In this document: one piece after another, positions 49,249 to 61,302 of the stretch
Position numbering within the stretch: the stretch's first letter is position 1
How the letters are laid out: every line of letters begins with the position of its first letter
Assembly (NCBI GenBank): GCA_963825525.1
Contig: CAWGTN010000002.1
Location: 448,001-512,000 of the forward strand
DNA length: 64,000 nucleotides
Direction: 5' to 3'
Source of the DNA: an uncultured Chloroflexia bacterium
GTDB taxonomy: Bacteria > Chloroflexota > Limnocylindria > QHBO01
Made by a program: the position numbers and the translations under genes
The notes under the pieces: model-generated
What the model was told of the DNA's origin: nothing
What the model saw: the letters and a program-made list of their open reading frames with translations, nothing else
Database searches by the model: none

Positions 49249-51213
49249 TCAGGCGGGCTGGGGAGCCGGCCCTGGACGTCGGCGTGCGCCGCCGTCCTCA
49301 TCGGCCTCCGGCTCGATCGCTTCGCCTTCCGCCTCGGGCGTCACGACGTGCGTCATGCGCTTCGGGGTCGGTCCGCCGCTCCTCGGCGGGAGCACGCCCT
49401 CGAACAGGGACTCGAACTCCTCGGATTCGATCGTCTCCTTCTCGACGAGCAGGGTGGCGAGCCGATCCAGCACGTCGCGATGCGTGGTCAGCGCTTCCTT
49501 TGCCCGATTGAAGGCGTTGTCGATGATCTCTCGGACCTCGGCGTCGATCTTGGCCGCAACCTCATCCGAGTAGTTCCGCTGCTCGCTGATCTCGCGGCCC
49601 AGGAAGACCATCTCCTCCTTCTTGCCGAAGGCCAGCGGGCCGAGGTTCTTGCTCATCCCGTACTGGGTGACCATGGCACGCGCCAGACCGGTTGCCTTCT
49701 CGATGTCGTTCGAGCTCCCGGTGGTCGTGTCGCCGAAGACGATCGTCTCGGCCACGTTTCCGCCCAGCATGCCCGCGATCTTGTCCTCGAACTCGGTCTT
49801 GCTGTGGAGGTATCGGTCCTCCGCGGGCAGGCTCATCGTGTAGCCGAGGGCCATGCCGCGGCTCACGATCGTGACCTTGGTGACCGGGTCGCACTTGGGA
49901 AGCACGCGCTGCACGACGGCGTGACCGCCCTCGTGATACGCAATGATCTCCTTCTCCTCCTCGCTGATGAGGCGGCTCCGGCGCTCCGGTCCGGCGATCA
50001 CGCGGTCGATCGCCTCATTGAACTCGGACATCCCGACGGACTTCTTGTTGCGGCGCGCGGCGAGGATGGCGGCCTCGTTCACGAGGTTCGCGAGATCGGC
50101 ACCCGAGAAGCCGGGCGATCGGCGTGCGAGAGCCTCGAGGTCAACCGTCTTGTCGAGTGGCTTGCCCTTGATGTGGACGCTGAGGATCTCGCGGCGGCCC
50201 CGGATGTCCGGACGGTCGAGGATGACGGTGCGGTCGAAACGGCCCGGGCGCAGGAGCGCCGGGTCCAGGACGTCCGGACGGTTGGTGGCGGCGACCACGA
50301 TGACGTTGGTGTTCGTGTCGAAGCCGTCCATCTCGACCAGGATCTGGTTGAGGGTCTGCTCCCGCTCGTCGTGGGAGCCGCCGAGCCCGGCGCCACGCTG
50401 GCGGCCGACCGCGTCGATCTCGTCCACGAACACGATGCAGGGCGAGTTGCGCTTCGCCTGCTCGAAGAGGTCACGGACGCGCGATGCACCCACGCCCACG
50501 AACATCTCGACGAACTCGGAGCCGGAGATGCTGAAGAACGGCACGCCGGCCTCACCGGCAACGGCACGGGCAAGGAGCGTCTTGCCGGTGCCGGGCGGGC
50601 CCACCAGCAGCACGCCGCGCGGGATGCGGGCGCCGAGGCTGTTGAACTTCTCCGGGTACTTGAGGAACTCGACCACTTCGGTCAGCTCCTGCTTGGCCTC
50701 GTCCACGCCGGCGACGTCGTTGAAGGTCACGACCGTCTTGTTGCCGAGGAACATGCGAGCGCGGCTCTTGCCGAAGCTCATGGCCTGGTTATTGGTGCCC
50801 TGCGCCTGGCGCATCATGAAGAAGATGAACCCGCCGATCAGGAGGACCGGCAGCAGCGCGGTGATGAGGAGCGTCAGGACGCCTCCGGCGGCGCTGGGTT
50901 CGGTGGCGCCGAGCTTCGTGCAGTCGAATGATCCCGGATCTCCCCCGGCCTGGCAGCCGAGATCGATCGTGACCTGCGTGAGCTCGGATGGCACGACCGC
51001 GATCACCTCGTCGCCGTTGGCCAGGGTGGCGGTCAGATGCGAATCTTCCTGGGTGATGGACACGACGTCGCCGCTGCGGGCGTCATTGAGGAGCTGGCCA
51101 TAGGTGTAGTCGCTGGCGGTCTCGTCGCTGCCCATGAATGTCCAGAGCACGGCCAGTCCAAAGACGGCCAAAACGACCAGCACGACGCTGTTGCGAACGA
51201 TGCGGCTTGTCAA
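49249..51213 (-). CDS. ftsH: ATP-dependent zinc metalloprotease FtsH
   Basis: Two [32 protein letters not shown]; TTG start inferred. Confidence 0.98.
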   Translation of the reverse strand: MTSRIVRNSVVLVVLAVFGLAVLWTFMGSDETASDYTYGQLLNDARSGDVVSITQEDSHLTATLANGDEVIAVVPSELTQVTIDLGCQAGGDPGSFDCTKLGATEPSAAGGVLTLLITALLPVLLIGGFIFFMMRQAQGTNNQAMSFGKSRARMFLGNKTVVTFNDVAGVDEAKQELTEVVEFLKYPEKFNSLGARIPRGVLLVGPPGTGKTLLARAVAGEAGVPFFSISGSEFVEMFVGVGASRVRDLFEQAKRNSPCIVFVDEIDAVGRQRGAGLGGSHDEREQTLNQILVEMDGFDTNTNVIVVAATNRPDVLDPALLRPGRFDRTVILDRPDIRGRREILSVHIKGKPLDKTVDLEALARRSPGFSGADLANLVNEAAILAARRNKKSVGMSEFNEAIDRVIAGPERRSRLISEEEKEIIAYHEGGHAVVQRVLPKCDPVTKVTIVSRGMALGYTMSLPAEDRYLHSKTEFEDKIAGMLGGNVAETIVFGDTTTGSSNDIEKATGLARAMVTQYGMSKNLGPLAFGKKEEMVFLGREISEQRNYSDEVAAKIDAEVREIIDNAFNRAKEALTTHRDVLDRLATLLVEKETIESEEFESLFEGVLPPRSGGPTPKRMTHVVTPEAEGEAIEPEADEDGGARRRPGPAPQPA

Positions 51214-51399
51214 CGTGGTTCTACTTTCGCCTCCGTGCGATCGGCATCCGGCCTGCGGCCGTCGACCGGCGCGGAACAGCACGCTCCGAGCCGGGCAAGT
51301 ATAGGTGCGGCCGATTGACCGAACAAACGACCCATGAGTACGGGGGCCGTCGCTCCTGATACGTGGGCCGTCGCGCCTTGACTCACCCTGCTCCCCGTT

Positions 51400-51473
51400 G
51401 TGCGCCGAATTTGTGCGCCGATCCGGTGCGCCGATCCCGTGCGCCGAGCCTGTGCGCCGATCTTGTGCGCCGA
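51400..51473. repeat. Six direct repeats of GTGCGCCGA with an exact 13-bp period
   Basis: Cores at 51400, 51413, 51426, 51439, 51452, 51465, with variable 4-nt spacers attt/tccg/tccc/gcct/tctt. Confidence 0.9.
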
Positions 51474-51601
51474 TATTTCAGCCGGCACTGAGCGTGGCGG
51501 GCGCCGCCGGGCGCGGTACGCGCTGGGCATCATCCGACATATCGACGAAACCGCGCCTGATACGGCTTCCAGGCCACAGCGCAACCGATCAATCGGCGCG
51601 C

Positions 51602-52595
51602 TCAGCGCCCGATGCGTACCTGCCTGTCCCTGACGGTCGCCGTCCGTCCCCCACCCAGCTCGATGCGAACCCCGCCCCGATGACTGGCTGCGGCGTCCAG
51701 GAGCGCCTCGACCCGCTCGGCGCTCGGCGCGGGGTGGCCGATCGCGAGCCGCAGGATCCGACGCCCGAGAGCCGCTTCCGGAGGATCCCGCCAGTCGACT
51801 CCCCCGTCCTCGGTGACGCGACGCGACAGCTCCGTCGCCGCCAACCGATCGAGCAGCGCGTCGTCATCGGCGGCCAGGCGAGCGAATTCGCCGATGCGTT
51901 CGACGGATCCTGGGCGGAGTGCTTCGAGGATCGGCATGACCTGCGCCCGGACGCCATTTCGCAGAAAGGCGGGATCAGCGTTCGACGGATCGTCCCGGTA
52001 GGCGATCGCCGGCGGCATCCAACAGCCCACGAAGCGTGGCTCGCCGGACGCCGAGCAGCGGTCGGACGATGCGTCCGCGCCGGGCCGGGATGCCGCGAAC
52101 GCCACTCAGCCCGGCGCCGCGCAGCAGATTGAGCACCACGGTCTCGGCCGAGTCATCGGCGGTGTGAGCGGTGGCAATCAGGTGTCCCTCGGGCGCGACG
52201 TCCTCGAAGAAGGCGTAGCGCGCCACGCGGGCGGCATCCTCGATGGAGCGTCCCTCCGTACGAGCCAGGTCGGCGACGTCGGTGCGTCGCACGTCGCATG
52301 CGAGGCCGAGCGAGCGTGCCGCATCGGCAACGAACGCCGCGTCGTCCGCGCTCTCCGGCCGGAGGGCATGATCCAGATGTGCGACGGCGAGATTCCACTC
52401 GCGGCGCCCGGACTCGACCAGCTGTGCCGCTCCGCTCATCAGGGCCATCGAATCCGCGCCGCCGGACACCGCAAGCAGGATTCGAGCGTCATCCGGGATG
52501 TTGAGCGTGCGAGCGCCCTGGTCGACCAGCCCGGCGAGCCTCGAGAGCGGGGCCGACCTCTCGGCCGATTGCTGTTCCGCGCCAGGATCGCTCAT
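51602..52595 (-). CDS. tilS: tRNA(Ile)-lysidine synthase TilS, frameshifted near 52000-52050
   Basis: AVSGGADSMAL, HLDHALR, ARYAFF, TAHTADDSAET, RPLL; DDPSN...RNGVR in a second frame; upstream of ftsH. Confidence 0.92.
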
Positions 52596-52666
52596 TTGAG
52601 ATGTATTCCCGTACTGCCCCTCGAGGCGTAGGCTCGGTCGATGAGTTGGATTGCCGGCTCCGATGG

Positions 52667-53230
52667 TCAACCCTCGGGAGGGCCGCCCACGACGCGAACG
52701 GATGGTAGACGCCCCTCAAACGGAGCACCCTGGTTCGTGACCAATTCGGCGAGGCGACTCAGTTCAGCGTCAAGTTCGAGCAGTTCATCACGGTAGTTGA
52801 ACGGGTTGTGCCCTGGAGCGTCGGCCACATCGACGTCGTACGCGACCAATTCAATGAGGTTCGCGTCGACGGCGATCTGATAGATGACGGCGAAAGCTGC
52901 GGCCCGATCCCGTGCGAGGGCGGCTGGCATCGGCTGGAAGGCAACTGAGTCAAGCAGCGACCTGAGGCCTTGGAGCTGCGAGTCATCCAGCCGGCTGGCG
53001 ACCAGATCTGACGGGTCGAGGGAGCTTGCGCGCACATCCACCACGGTCAATCCGTCGTCGTAGACCGTGATTTCCGGCGGTGCGGCGGTGTCGCGTTCCG
53101 AAGTCTCGCGGAACGGCTCGGAGTACGCGCGGACGGCGATGATCTTCGGGGCGGTGGAAGCATCCTGTGAGCAGCCTCCGGCCGCGACCAGGGGCAAGAC
53201 ACACAGGAGCGGCGCCCACGGATGCCTCAC
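52667..53230 (-). CDS. Hypothetical lipoprotein
   Basis: LVAAGGC lipobox; visibly lower GC than neighbours. Confidence 0.6.
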   Translation of the reverse strand: MRHPWAPLLCVLPLVAAGGCSQDASTAPKIIAVRAYSEPFRETSERDTAAPPEITVYDDGLTVVDVRASSLDPSDLVASRLDDSQLQGLRSLLDSVAFQPMPAALARDRAAAFAVIYQIAVDANLIELVAYDVDVADAPGHNPFNYRDELLELDAELSRLAELVTNQGAPFEGRLPSVRVVGGPPEG

Positions 53231-53270
53231 ACGTTCCTCGGCCCGCTGACGTGATCAACGAGAGGGATGT

Positions 53271-53345
53271 TGGTAGCGGAGGGCGGATTCGAACCACCGG
53301 CCAAGGGCTTATGAGTCCCCTGCTCTACCACTGAGCTACTCCGCC
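53271..53345 (-). tRNA. tRNA with anticodon CAU, non-initiator: elongator Met most likely, Ile2 not excluded
   Basis: GGCGGAG-TA-GCTC..GAGC-A-GGGGA-CTCATAA-GCCCT-TGGCC-GGTGG-TTCGAAT-CCGCC-CTCCGCT-A-CCA; encoded CCA. Confidence 0.95.
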
Positions 53346-53497
53346 ATGCGGTCCGCCCGAGAATACCGACGCGGACCGGCGCAGGCAACCGCGCCGCACG
53401 ACGCCGGTCCGACGCGAGGCTTGATCCTCCAGCAACGACCAGGAGCCCGACGAGTGCCGGGCCCCTGGTGCCACATCCGTTCTCTCGTCGAGGGTCG

Positions 53498-54661
53498 TCA
53501 GGCCGCCGAGGCCTCCGCCACGCAATCGCGGCCGGCGGGCTCAGTCCGACTCTTCGGCAGCTTGTAGCCACGATCCCCGAGGATCGACCGCAGCCGATCG
53601 GGGTAGTTCGTGATCAGCCCGTCGACTCCGGCATCGATGAGCGACTCCATGGTCGCCGGGTCATCGATGGTCCACGGGACCACTGCCATGCCGGCCGCAT
53701 GAGCGTCGGCCACCAGCTCGGGCGTGGTGTACGGCACGTAGTCCGGATCACCCACCACCCCGTCCTGGGGCATCCCGTGCACCGGTGAGATCACATCCGC
53801 GCCGAAGGACGCGGTCGCGGCCACCAGGCTGCCACCGAAGTCGTCGATGTCGATCCCGCCCAGCCAGGGCGAGGCGCCCGGCTGACCCACCTGCAGGAAG
53901 TCGCCGTTGGTGAGCGCCACGATCGGCAGGCGCGGCTCAACCTCTTGCATGAGCATCAGCGCGCCCCAGTCGAAGCTCTGGATCATCACCCGGTTCAGGA
54001 GCCCGGCCTCGCGGATCTCGCGCGCGGTGATCTCCACGAACTGCTCGCGAGGCGCGGTCTGCTCCGGCGCGCCCGCCTCGACCTTGGTCTCGATGTTGAA
54101 CCAGACCTGGTTTGCCCGATAGCAATCGACCAGCGCGAAGACCTCGCTCAGCAGCGGGATGCGCGCACCATCGACGACGTCCTGGTCGGGAAAGCCCGGC
54201 AGGGGCTGGCCGCAGTCGAGCGTCCTGACCTGCGCCAGCGTCAGATCCTTGATGTAGTCCCCGACGTAGGGGAACTCCGGATCCCCGGGCGTGGCCGGGG
54301 CAGTGTCGTCGCACTTCACGTCGGACACCTGGCGATCGTGCGTCACCACCGCCTGCTCGTCCTCGGTGATCTGGACGTCGAGCTCGAGCGTCGTCACGCC
54401 GACCTCGAGTGCCGCGGCGAATGCCTCGAGGGTGCTCTCGGTCGTCAGGCCGATGCCGCCGCGATGTGCCTCGATGTCGAACTGGCGCGGCCCGGGAGCC
54501 GGCAGGTGACCGCCGACCTGGCCCGGGGCGCCAGACGGCGCTCCGGCCGCTGCGGGCACGACGACCGTGAGGGCCAGCGCCGCTGCGAGACCGATGGCCG
54601 TCAGCGACCGGCTCGAACGGCTCGAACGGCGCGCAGGCCGGCGGATGGAAGCCATGTTCAC
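53498..54661 (-). CDS. glpQ: Secreted glycerophosphodiester phosphodiesterase
   Basis: Signal peptide; EAHRGG, ELDVQIT, THD, NIETK, IQSFDW, PWTID, GVDGLITNYPD. Confidence 0.9.
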   Translation of the reverse strand: MNMASIRRPARRSSRSSRSLTAIGLAAALALTVVVPAAAGAPSGAPGQVGGHLPAPGPRQFDIEAHRGGIGLTTESTLEAFAAALEVGVTTLELDVQITEDEQAVVTHDRQVSDVKCDDTAPATPGDPEFPYVGDYIKDLTLAQVRTLDCGQPLPGFPDQDVVDGARIPLLSEVFALVDCYRANQVWFNIETKVEAGAPEQTAPREQFVEITAREIREAGLLNRVMIQSFDWGALMLMQEVEPRLPIVALTNGDFLQVGQPGASPWLGGIDIDDFGGSLVAATASFGADVISPVHGMPQDGVVGDPDYVPYTTPELVADAHAAGMAVVPWTIDDPATMESLIDAGVDGLITNYPDRLRSILGDRGYKLPKSRTEPAGRDCVAEASAA

Positions 54662-54773
54662 GTGATTCCCCTTCTCATGAACGGCCCCGTCGGGGCCTCA
54701 TGGCGCACCGTGGCTGCAAGAGCGCGGCCACCCCAGGTTGGCCCCAAATCAAGTTCAGCCAGGTTTCTCGCGG

Positions 54774-54934
54774 TATACTGGATGGCAGTACAACGGCCGA
54801 TCCCGACCGTTCAAGCAGCACAGCAAGTGACCGCGAAAGCCGACTCCGGGCCCTGCCCGTGACGCGCGGCCGGTCGACTCGCCAGGCGGCTGTGTGCCCT
54901 CCCGGGGCCGCATCGCGCCGGTAAGGAGGAGACC
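54774..54934 (+). promoter_or_regulatory. pckA -10 box (TATACT), ~150-nt leader and AAGGAGG RBS
   Basis: TATACT at about 54774-54779; TAAGGAGG just upstream of GTG 54935. Confidence 0.55.
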
Positions 54935-56518
<1,584 letters not shown>

Positions 56519-56524
56519 CGAGGC

Positions 56525-57827
56525 GTGGCCGGCATCAAGCTCGTCTACATCGGCGGCGGCAGCACTCGGGCGCCGGGGACGGTTGCCGCCCTTGTCGAGC
56601 GAGGCGCAGTGTTCGCCGGCTCCGAGGTCGTCCTGGTCGATCTGGACGCTCGAGCGGCTGGACGTGGTGCAACGCCTTGCCGAGGCAATGACCGCGGCCC
56701 GCGGCCACGACATCCGGTTCACGACCACGACGCACCGCCCGGACGCCCTGGATGACGCCGACGTGGTGCTCACCAGCTTCCGGCCCGGCGGCTTCGAAGC
56801 CCGTCAGCTGGACGAGACGATCCCCCTGCGCCATGGCGTCATCGGCCAGGAGACGCAGGGGCCTGGCGGATTCTTCATGGCTCTCCGCTCCATCGCCGTC
56901 ATGCGCGACATCGTCGGCGAGATGGAGAGGCAGTGTCCGGATGCCTGGCTCGTGAACTACACCAACCCGGTCAACATCGTGTCGGAAGCCGTCACCCACC
57001 ACTCCCCCGTGCGGTGCGTCTCGCTGTGCGAAGGACCGATCACCTTTCCCGCGGACGTGGCCAGGACAGCGGGACTCGACCCGGCCCGGCTGCGCGCCAC
57101 CATGGTCGGGCTCAACCACACCGGTTGGTCCGTCGAGCACGAGTACGCCGATGGGGACCTCATGGGCCTCATCGAGGAGTCGGCGGAACGGCTCGAGCTC
57201 ACCGGCGGCCCATCGAGCCGCGACGAGCTGATGCTCCATCTCGCCGCCCGCATGGGGTCGCTGCCGTCCGCGTACCTGTACTACTACTATTTCGCCGACC
57301 ATGCCCTCGACGCGGCGCGGAGGGCACCACGAACCCGCGCCGGGGAGATCATGAGCGAGCTCGACGACTACTGGACCCACTACCGCGAGCAGGCGATCGC
57401 GGCGGACCCGCAGCTGGATCCCCGCAGGTCACGTGGCGGCATCCTCGAGCTGGAGCTCGCCGTCGACGTGATCGACGCCATCGTCAACGACCGCGGCACG
57501 ACCTGGCCGGTGAACGTCCCCAATCTCGGCGGCGTGCTCCCGGGCTTCCCCGACGACCTCGTGGTCGAGATCCCGGCCCGGGTCTCCGCAGCCGGCATCG
57601 CGCCGATCCGCGTGCCGGCACTGCCCACCCACCTCCGCGGGTTGATCGAGTCGCTGGGGGCGTACCAGGCAGCGACCGCGGAGGCGGCATGGTCGGGCTC
57701 GCGACGCGACGGCCTGCGGGCCCTGGCCAGTCATCCGCTCGTGGCCACGCTCCCTCGCGCCGAGGCGATCTACGACGAGATGGCGTCCGCCCACCGGGCG
57801 TACCTCCCGTCTCGCCTCCTGAGCTGA
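56525..57827 (+). CDS. Glycoside hydrolase family 4 (6-phospho-beta-glucosidase-like), frameshifted near 56650
   Basis: YIGGGST (NAD binding), GQETQGPGG, NYTNP, LCE, GLNH. Confidence 0.9.
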
Positions 57828-58553
57828 TGACCCTCGATCTGCGCACCGTGGACGATCCGGCCGATTTGGCACGCGCCGCCGCCGATCTCGTGGTCGACCT
57901 CGTGACGACGAAGCCGAGCGCACTGGTCATGGCCGCCACCGGAGATACGCCGATGGGCTCCTACGCGGAGCTGGTCCGGCGGCACGACGAGGGTCGTCTC
58001 GACAGCTCCGCCATGCGGATCGTGCAGCTCGACGAGTACCTCGGGATCGGCCCGGACGACCCGCGCTCGCTGTACGGATGGATGCATCGATCGCTGGTGG
58101 CGCCTCTGGGCATTGATCCGGATCGCGTCATCCGGTTCGACAGTGAAGCTCCCGATGCCGATCGGGCGGCCCGCGACTACGACGAAGAGATCGCAGCCGC
58201 CGGCGGCATCGACCTGGCCATCCTGGGCATCGGCGTCAACGGTCACCTGGGCTTCAACGAGCCACCGTCCGACTGCCGACGCTCCGACGCGGGTGGTCGA
58301 CCTCTCGCCGGATACCCTGACCAGCAACGCCGCCTATTGGGGCGATCGGCCCGTGCCGACGCAGGCCATGACAGCGGGCATGTCGGTGATCCTGTCGGCG
58401 CGTCGCATCCTTCTCCTCGTCTCCGGTCCGTCCAAGGTGGAGATCCTCGCCCGGCTCCTGCGCTCGGAACCCGATCCGTCGCTCCCCGCCTCGCAGCTCG
58501 TGGCCCACCCGGACACCGTGGTGCTCGCCGACCGGGCCGCCCGCGGAGCGTGA
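57827..58553 (+). CDS. nagB: Glucosamine-6-phosphate deaminase, frameshifted near 58275
   Basis: ATGDTP, QLDEYLG, GGIDLAILGIGVNGHLGFNEP; AMTAGM, PASQL in the next frame. Confidence 0.9.
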
Positions 58554-59545
58554 GCATCTACCTGGGGGTCGACGGCGGGAACAGCAAGGCGGTCGCGGTG
58601 GTCGCCACGGCCGGTGGCGACGTTCTGGCGGCGGCCCGTCAGCTCGGCACGGCCGACATCTATGCGGCCGGCGGAGAGCGTGCGTCGATCGATCTCGTGG
58701 CTCGGGCAGTCGGCGAGGCGCTCGACATCGCCGGGACCCGCCACTCGGAGATCACACGAGCAGTGTTCAGCCTGGCAGGCGCCGATTGGCCCGAGGACTT
58801 CGCGTACCACGAGCAGGCATGGAGCGAATTCGGGTTCGGCGGCCCCGTCTCGATCGTCAACGATGCGATCGGCGCGCTTGTCGGTGCCGTGCCCACCGGC
58901 CCGGCGGTCGCGGTCTCGATCGGGACCGGCGCGGCGACGGGCGCACGCGGCGTCGACGGCAGCCTGTGGCACTCGAGCTTCTGGCAGTCGCCGCACGGGG
59001 CCGCCGAGCTTGCGCAGCGGGCCTTCCAGGCTGTCGTCCGTGCCGAGCTGGGCATCGGAGCGGCCACCACCATGCGCGACCCGGTGATCGCCATCACCGG
59101 TGACGCCGACGTGGAGGCTGCACTGCACCGGTTCACGGCGCGCGATGCCGAGCCGCTGCCCGTTGGCCCGATTGCCCGGGCGCTGCTTGCCGCCGCGAGG
59201 GACGGTGATGCGATCGCGCGGCGCATCGTCGCGGAGCACGGCAGGGGCCTGGGCGAGATCGCCACGGTTGCTGCCCGGCGGGTATCCATCGACGCGCAGC
59301 CGTTCGCCGTGTCGTTCACCGGCGGCCTCGTGCGAGCCGACTCCACGATGCTCCTCGGCGAGGCGGCGGTCGACCAGATGAGCTCGGAGGGCATGAAGCC
59401 CAGGCGCGTGCGCCCGCGTTGGGAGCCGGCCATCGGCGCCCTCGTGATCGGACTGCAGTCCGATGGGGCCTTTTCAGAGGGCGTCGCAGCGCGCCTGGAT
59501 GCGACCCAGCCGGCGCCCAGCCTCTACGACGTGCTCTCGCCCTGA
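58550..59545 (+). CDS. BadF/BadG/BcrA/BcrD-type sugar (GlcNAc/MurNAc) kinase
   Basis: LGVDGGNSKA, LAGAD, VNDAIGAL, SIGTG, FTGGL. Confidence 0.85.
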   Translation: MSIYLGVDGGNSKAVAVVATAGGDVLAAARQLGTADIYAAGGERASIDLVARAVGEALDIAGTRHSEITRAVFSLAGADWPEDFAYHEQAWSEFGFGGPVSIVNDAIGALVGAVPTGPAVAVSIGTGAATGARGVDGSLWHSSFWQSPHGAAELAQRAFQAVVRAELGIGAATTMRDPVIAITGDADVEAALHRFTARDAEPLPVGPIARALLAAARDGDAIARRIVAEHGRGLGEIATVAARRVSIDAQPFAVSFTGGLVRADSTMLLGEAAVDQMSSEGMKPRRVRPRWEPAIGALVIGLQSDGAFSEGVAARLDATQPAPSLYDVLSP

Positions 59546-59547
59546 AC

Positions 59548-59991
59548 CTAGGGTGCTTCGGCTGACCCGAAGAACAGGTCGAGCCACTGCTCGATCATCG
59601 GCTCTGCAGGTGCCGCAGCGGCAGCCAGCTCCTCGGGCAGCGGCTCCTCGGCGCCGGGCGGAATGATGAGGACCTGCTCGCCACTGGCTCCCAGGTTGGC
59701 GAGCCGCCGCGCCTCGGCGCTGATGTACGCGTCGCTCTCCAGGTAGGCAAGCTCGCGGCGCAGATCGGCGTTCGTGCCCTCGACGGCCTCGATCTCCGCC
59801 TGGATGGCGGCTGCGCGCTGACCGATCTCCCAGTTGGCGTAGACCTGTCGTCCGAACTGGACTGCCAGCAGGACGCCGATGATCAGCACCACCACCATCC
59901 ACGCGATCCCGCCGCGGGAGGCGGGCAACCGCCAGCGAAGCCGTGCCCTCGCGCGGCTTGGTCCAGGAGCGGAGAGATCAATCCCGGTCAT
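59548..59991 (-). CDS. Septum formation initiator (FtsB/DivIC family)
   Basis: One TM, coiled coil, YLESDAYISAEARRLANLGASGE. Confidence 0.82.
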   Translation of the reverse strand: MTGIDLSAPGPSRARARLRWRLPASRGGIAWMVVVLIIGVLLAVQFGRQVYANWEIGQRAAAIQAEIEAVEGTNADLRRELAYLESDAYISAEARRLANLGASGEQVLIIPPGAEEPLPEELAAAAAPAEPMIEQWLDLFFGSAEAP

Positions 59992-61162
59992 CGATCGAAG
60001 AGTCTACCCGAGGAGATCCACTCCCCACCGACCATCACCGCCGCCACCTCCAGCGATTCGTCGAGCACGACGAGGTCCGCGGCCAGCCCCGGCGCGATCG
60101 ATCCACGGACGTCGTGCTCTCCCAGGATGCGCGCGGGCGTCGTGGCCGCCGCCCTGGCGGCCTCGGCCATGGGCAGGCCCAGGTTCTGGACCGCGCGACG
60201 CAACGCACGGTCCATGGTGAGCGTGCTGCCGGCCAGCGTGTCCGTGCCCGCGATGCGCGCCACGCCATCGGTGACCTCGACGGCGGCTGATCCAAGCCGG
60301 TGCGCCCCATCGTGCAGCCCCGCCGCGGGAATCGCGTCGGTGACGAGCGCGATCCGATCCGCCCCGGCCGCCTGGAAGGCAAGACGTGCCGTGTCGTCGT
60401 GAAGGTGGGTGCCGTCGTTGATGAGCTCGCACACCACGCCCGGTCGGACGAGTGCCGTCGTCGCCAGGCCCGGCTCGCGATGATCGGACGGACGCATGGC
60501 GTTGAACAGGTGGGTCACGAGCGACGCGCCGGCGTCAAAGGCGGCCGATGCGGCCTCGCGGTTCGCGTCGCTGTGCCCCAGTGCCACGACCACGCCGGCG
60601 GCGACTGCCCGTCGCACCAGGTCGATCGCCCCCGGCAGCTCCGGCGCAAGCGTGATGACCCGCAGCGTGCCGTCCGCGATCTCGAGCATGCGATCCAGAA
60701 CGGCCTCGTCCGGCGCCAGCAGGTGATCGGGATCGTGGGCGCCTGCCCGATTCCGGCTGAGGAACGGCCCCTCGAGATGGCTGCCGGCGACGGTCGATCG
60801 ACCCGCGTCATCGGCCCGCACGAGGTCGCGGACGGCGGCCAGGCCACCGAGCATCTCCTCGAGGGGTGCGCTGACGATGCTGGCGAGGAGTCGACCGGTG
60901 CCGTGGGACGCGTGGAACTCCGCCGCGGCGCGCAGCTCGACCAGGTCATTCGAGAGGAGCGAGGACCCGCCGCCGCCATGGACGTGCAGATCGACGAAGC
61001 CCGGCACGATCCAGCGACCATCCAGCGATCGCTGCTCACCAGCCTCCGGGGGCAGTCCCTCGCCAATCTCGGCGATGGTCGCTCCCCGCACCCGAACCCA
61101 CCCCGGGTCGACGACGCCTGCCTCGGCGTGACGACACGGGCGTGGGAGAGCAGCAGGTCCAT
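59988..61162 (-). CDS. nagA: N-acetylglucosamine-6-phosphate deacetylase, frameshifted near the 5' end (~61120)
   Basis: PGFVDLHVHG, HLEGPF, TLAPE, GHSDA, THLFNAM, DGTH, VTDA, LAGS. Confidence 0.93.
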
Positions 61163-61227
61163 GGACCGAAGCATAGGGTGCCGGCGGCTCGCGACAGGCG
61201 AGGTGTCGCAAGGCCGGGGTTCCCTTC

Positions 61228-61268
61228 CGAACGCGTGTGCTATGTTGCCGATCAGAACAGGTGTTCTG
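61228..61268 (+). promoter_or_regulatory. Two LexA (GAAC-N4-GTTC type) SOS boxes around a -10 element
   Basis: CAGAAC-AGGT-GTTCTG at 61253-61268 (perfect arms); CGAAC-GCGT-GTGCT at 61228-61241; TATGTT at 61241-61246. Confidence 0.8.
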
Positions 61269-61302
61269 TTTGGATCACGAGACGGAGCTGGAGGACCGCG
61301 AG

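Noticed and set aside
51400-51473. CRISPR array
   Set aside because: The 9-bp repeat and 4-bp spacers are far too short, and no cas genes are present
53230-53271. tRNA-anchored genomic island
   Set aside because: No integrase and no duplicated tRNA 3' end found downstream
56933-59545. 870-aa nagB-kinase fusion ORF
   Set aside because: Artefact of the nagB frameshift plus an open off-frame upstream; nagB has its own stop at 58553 overlapping the kinase GTG
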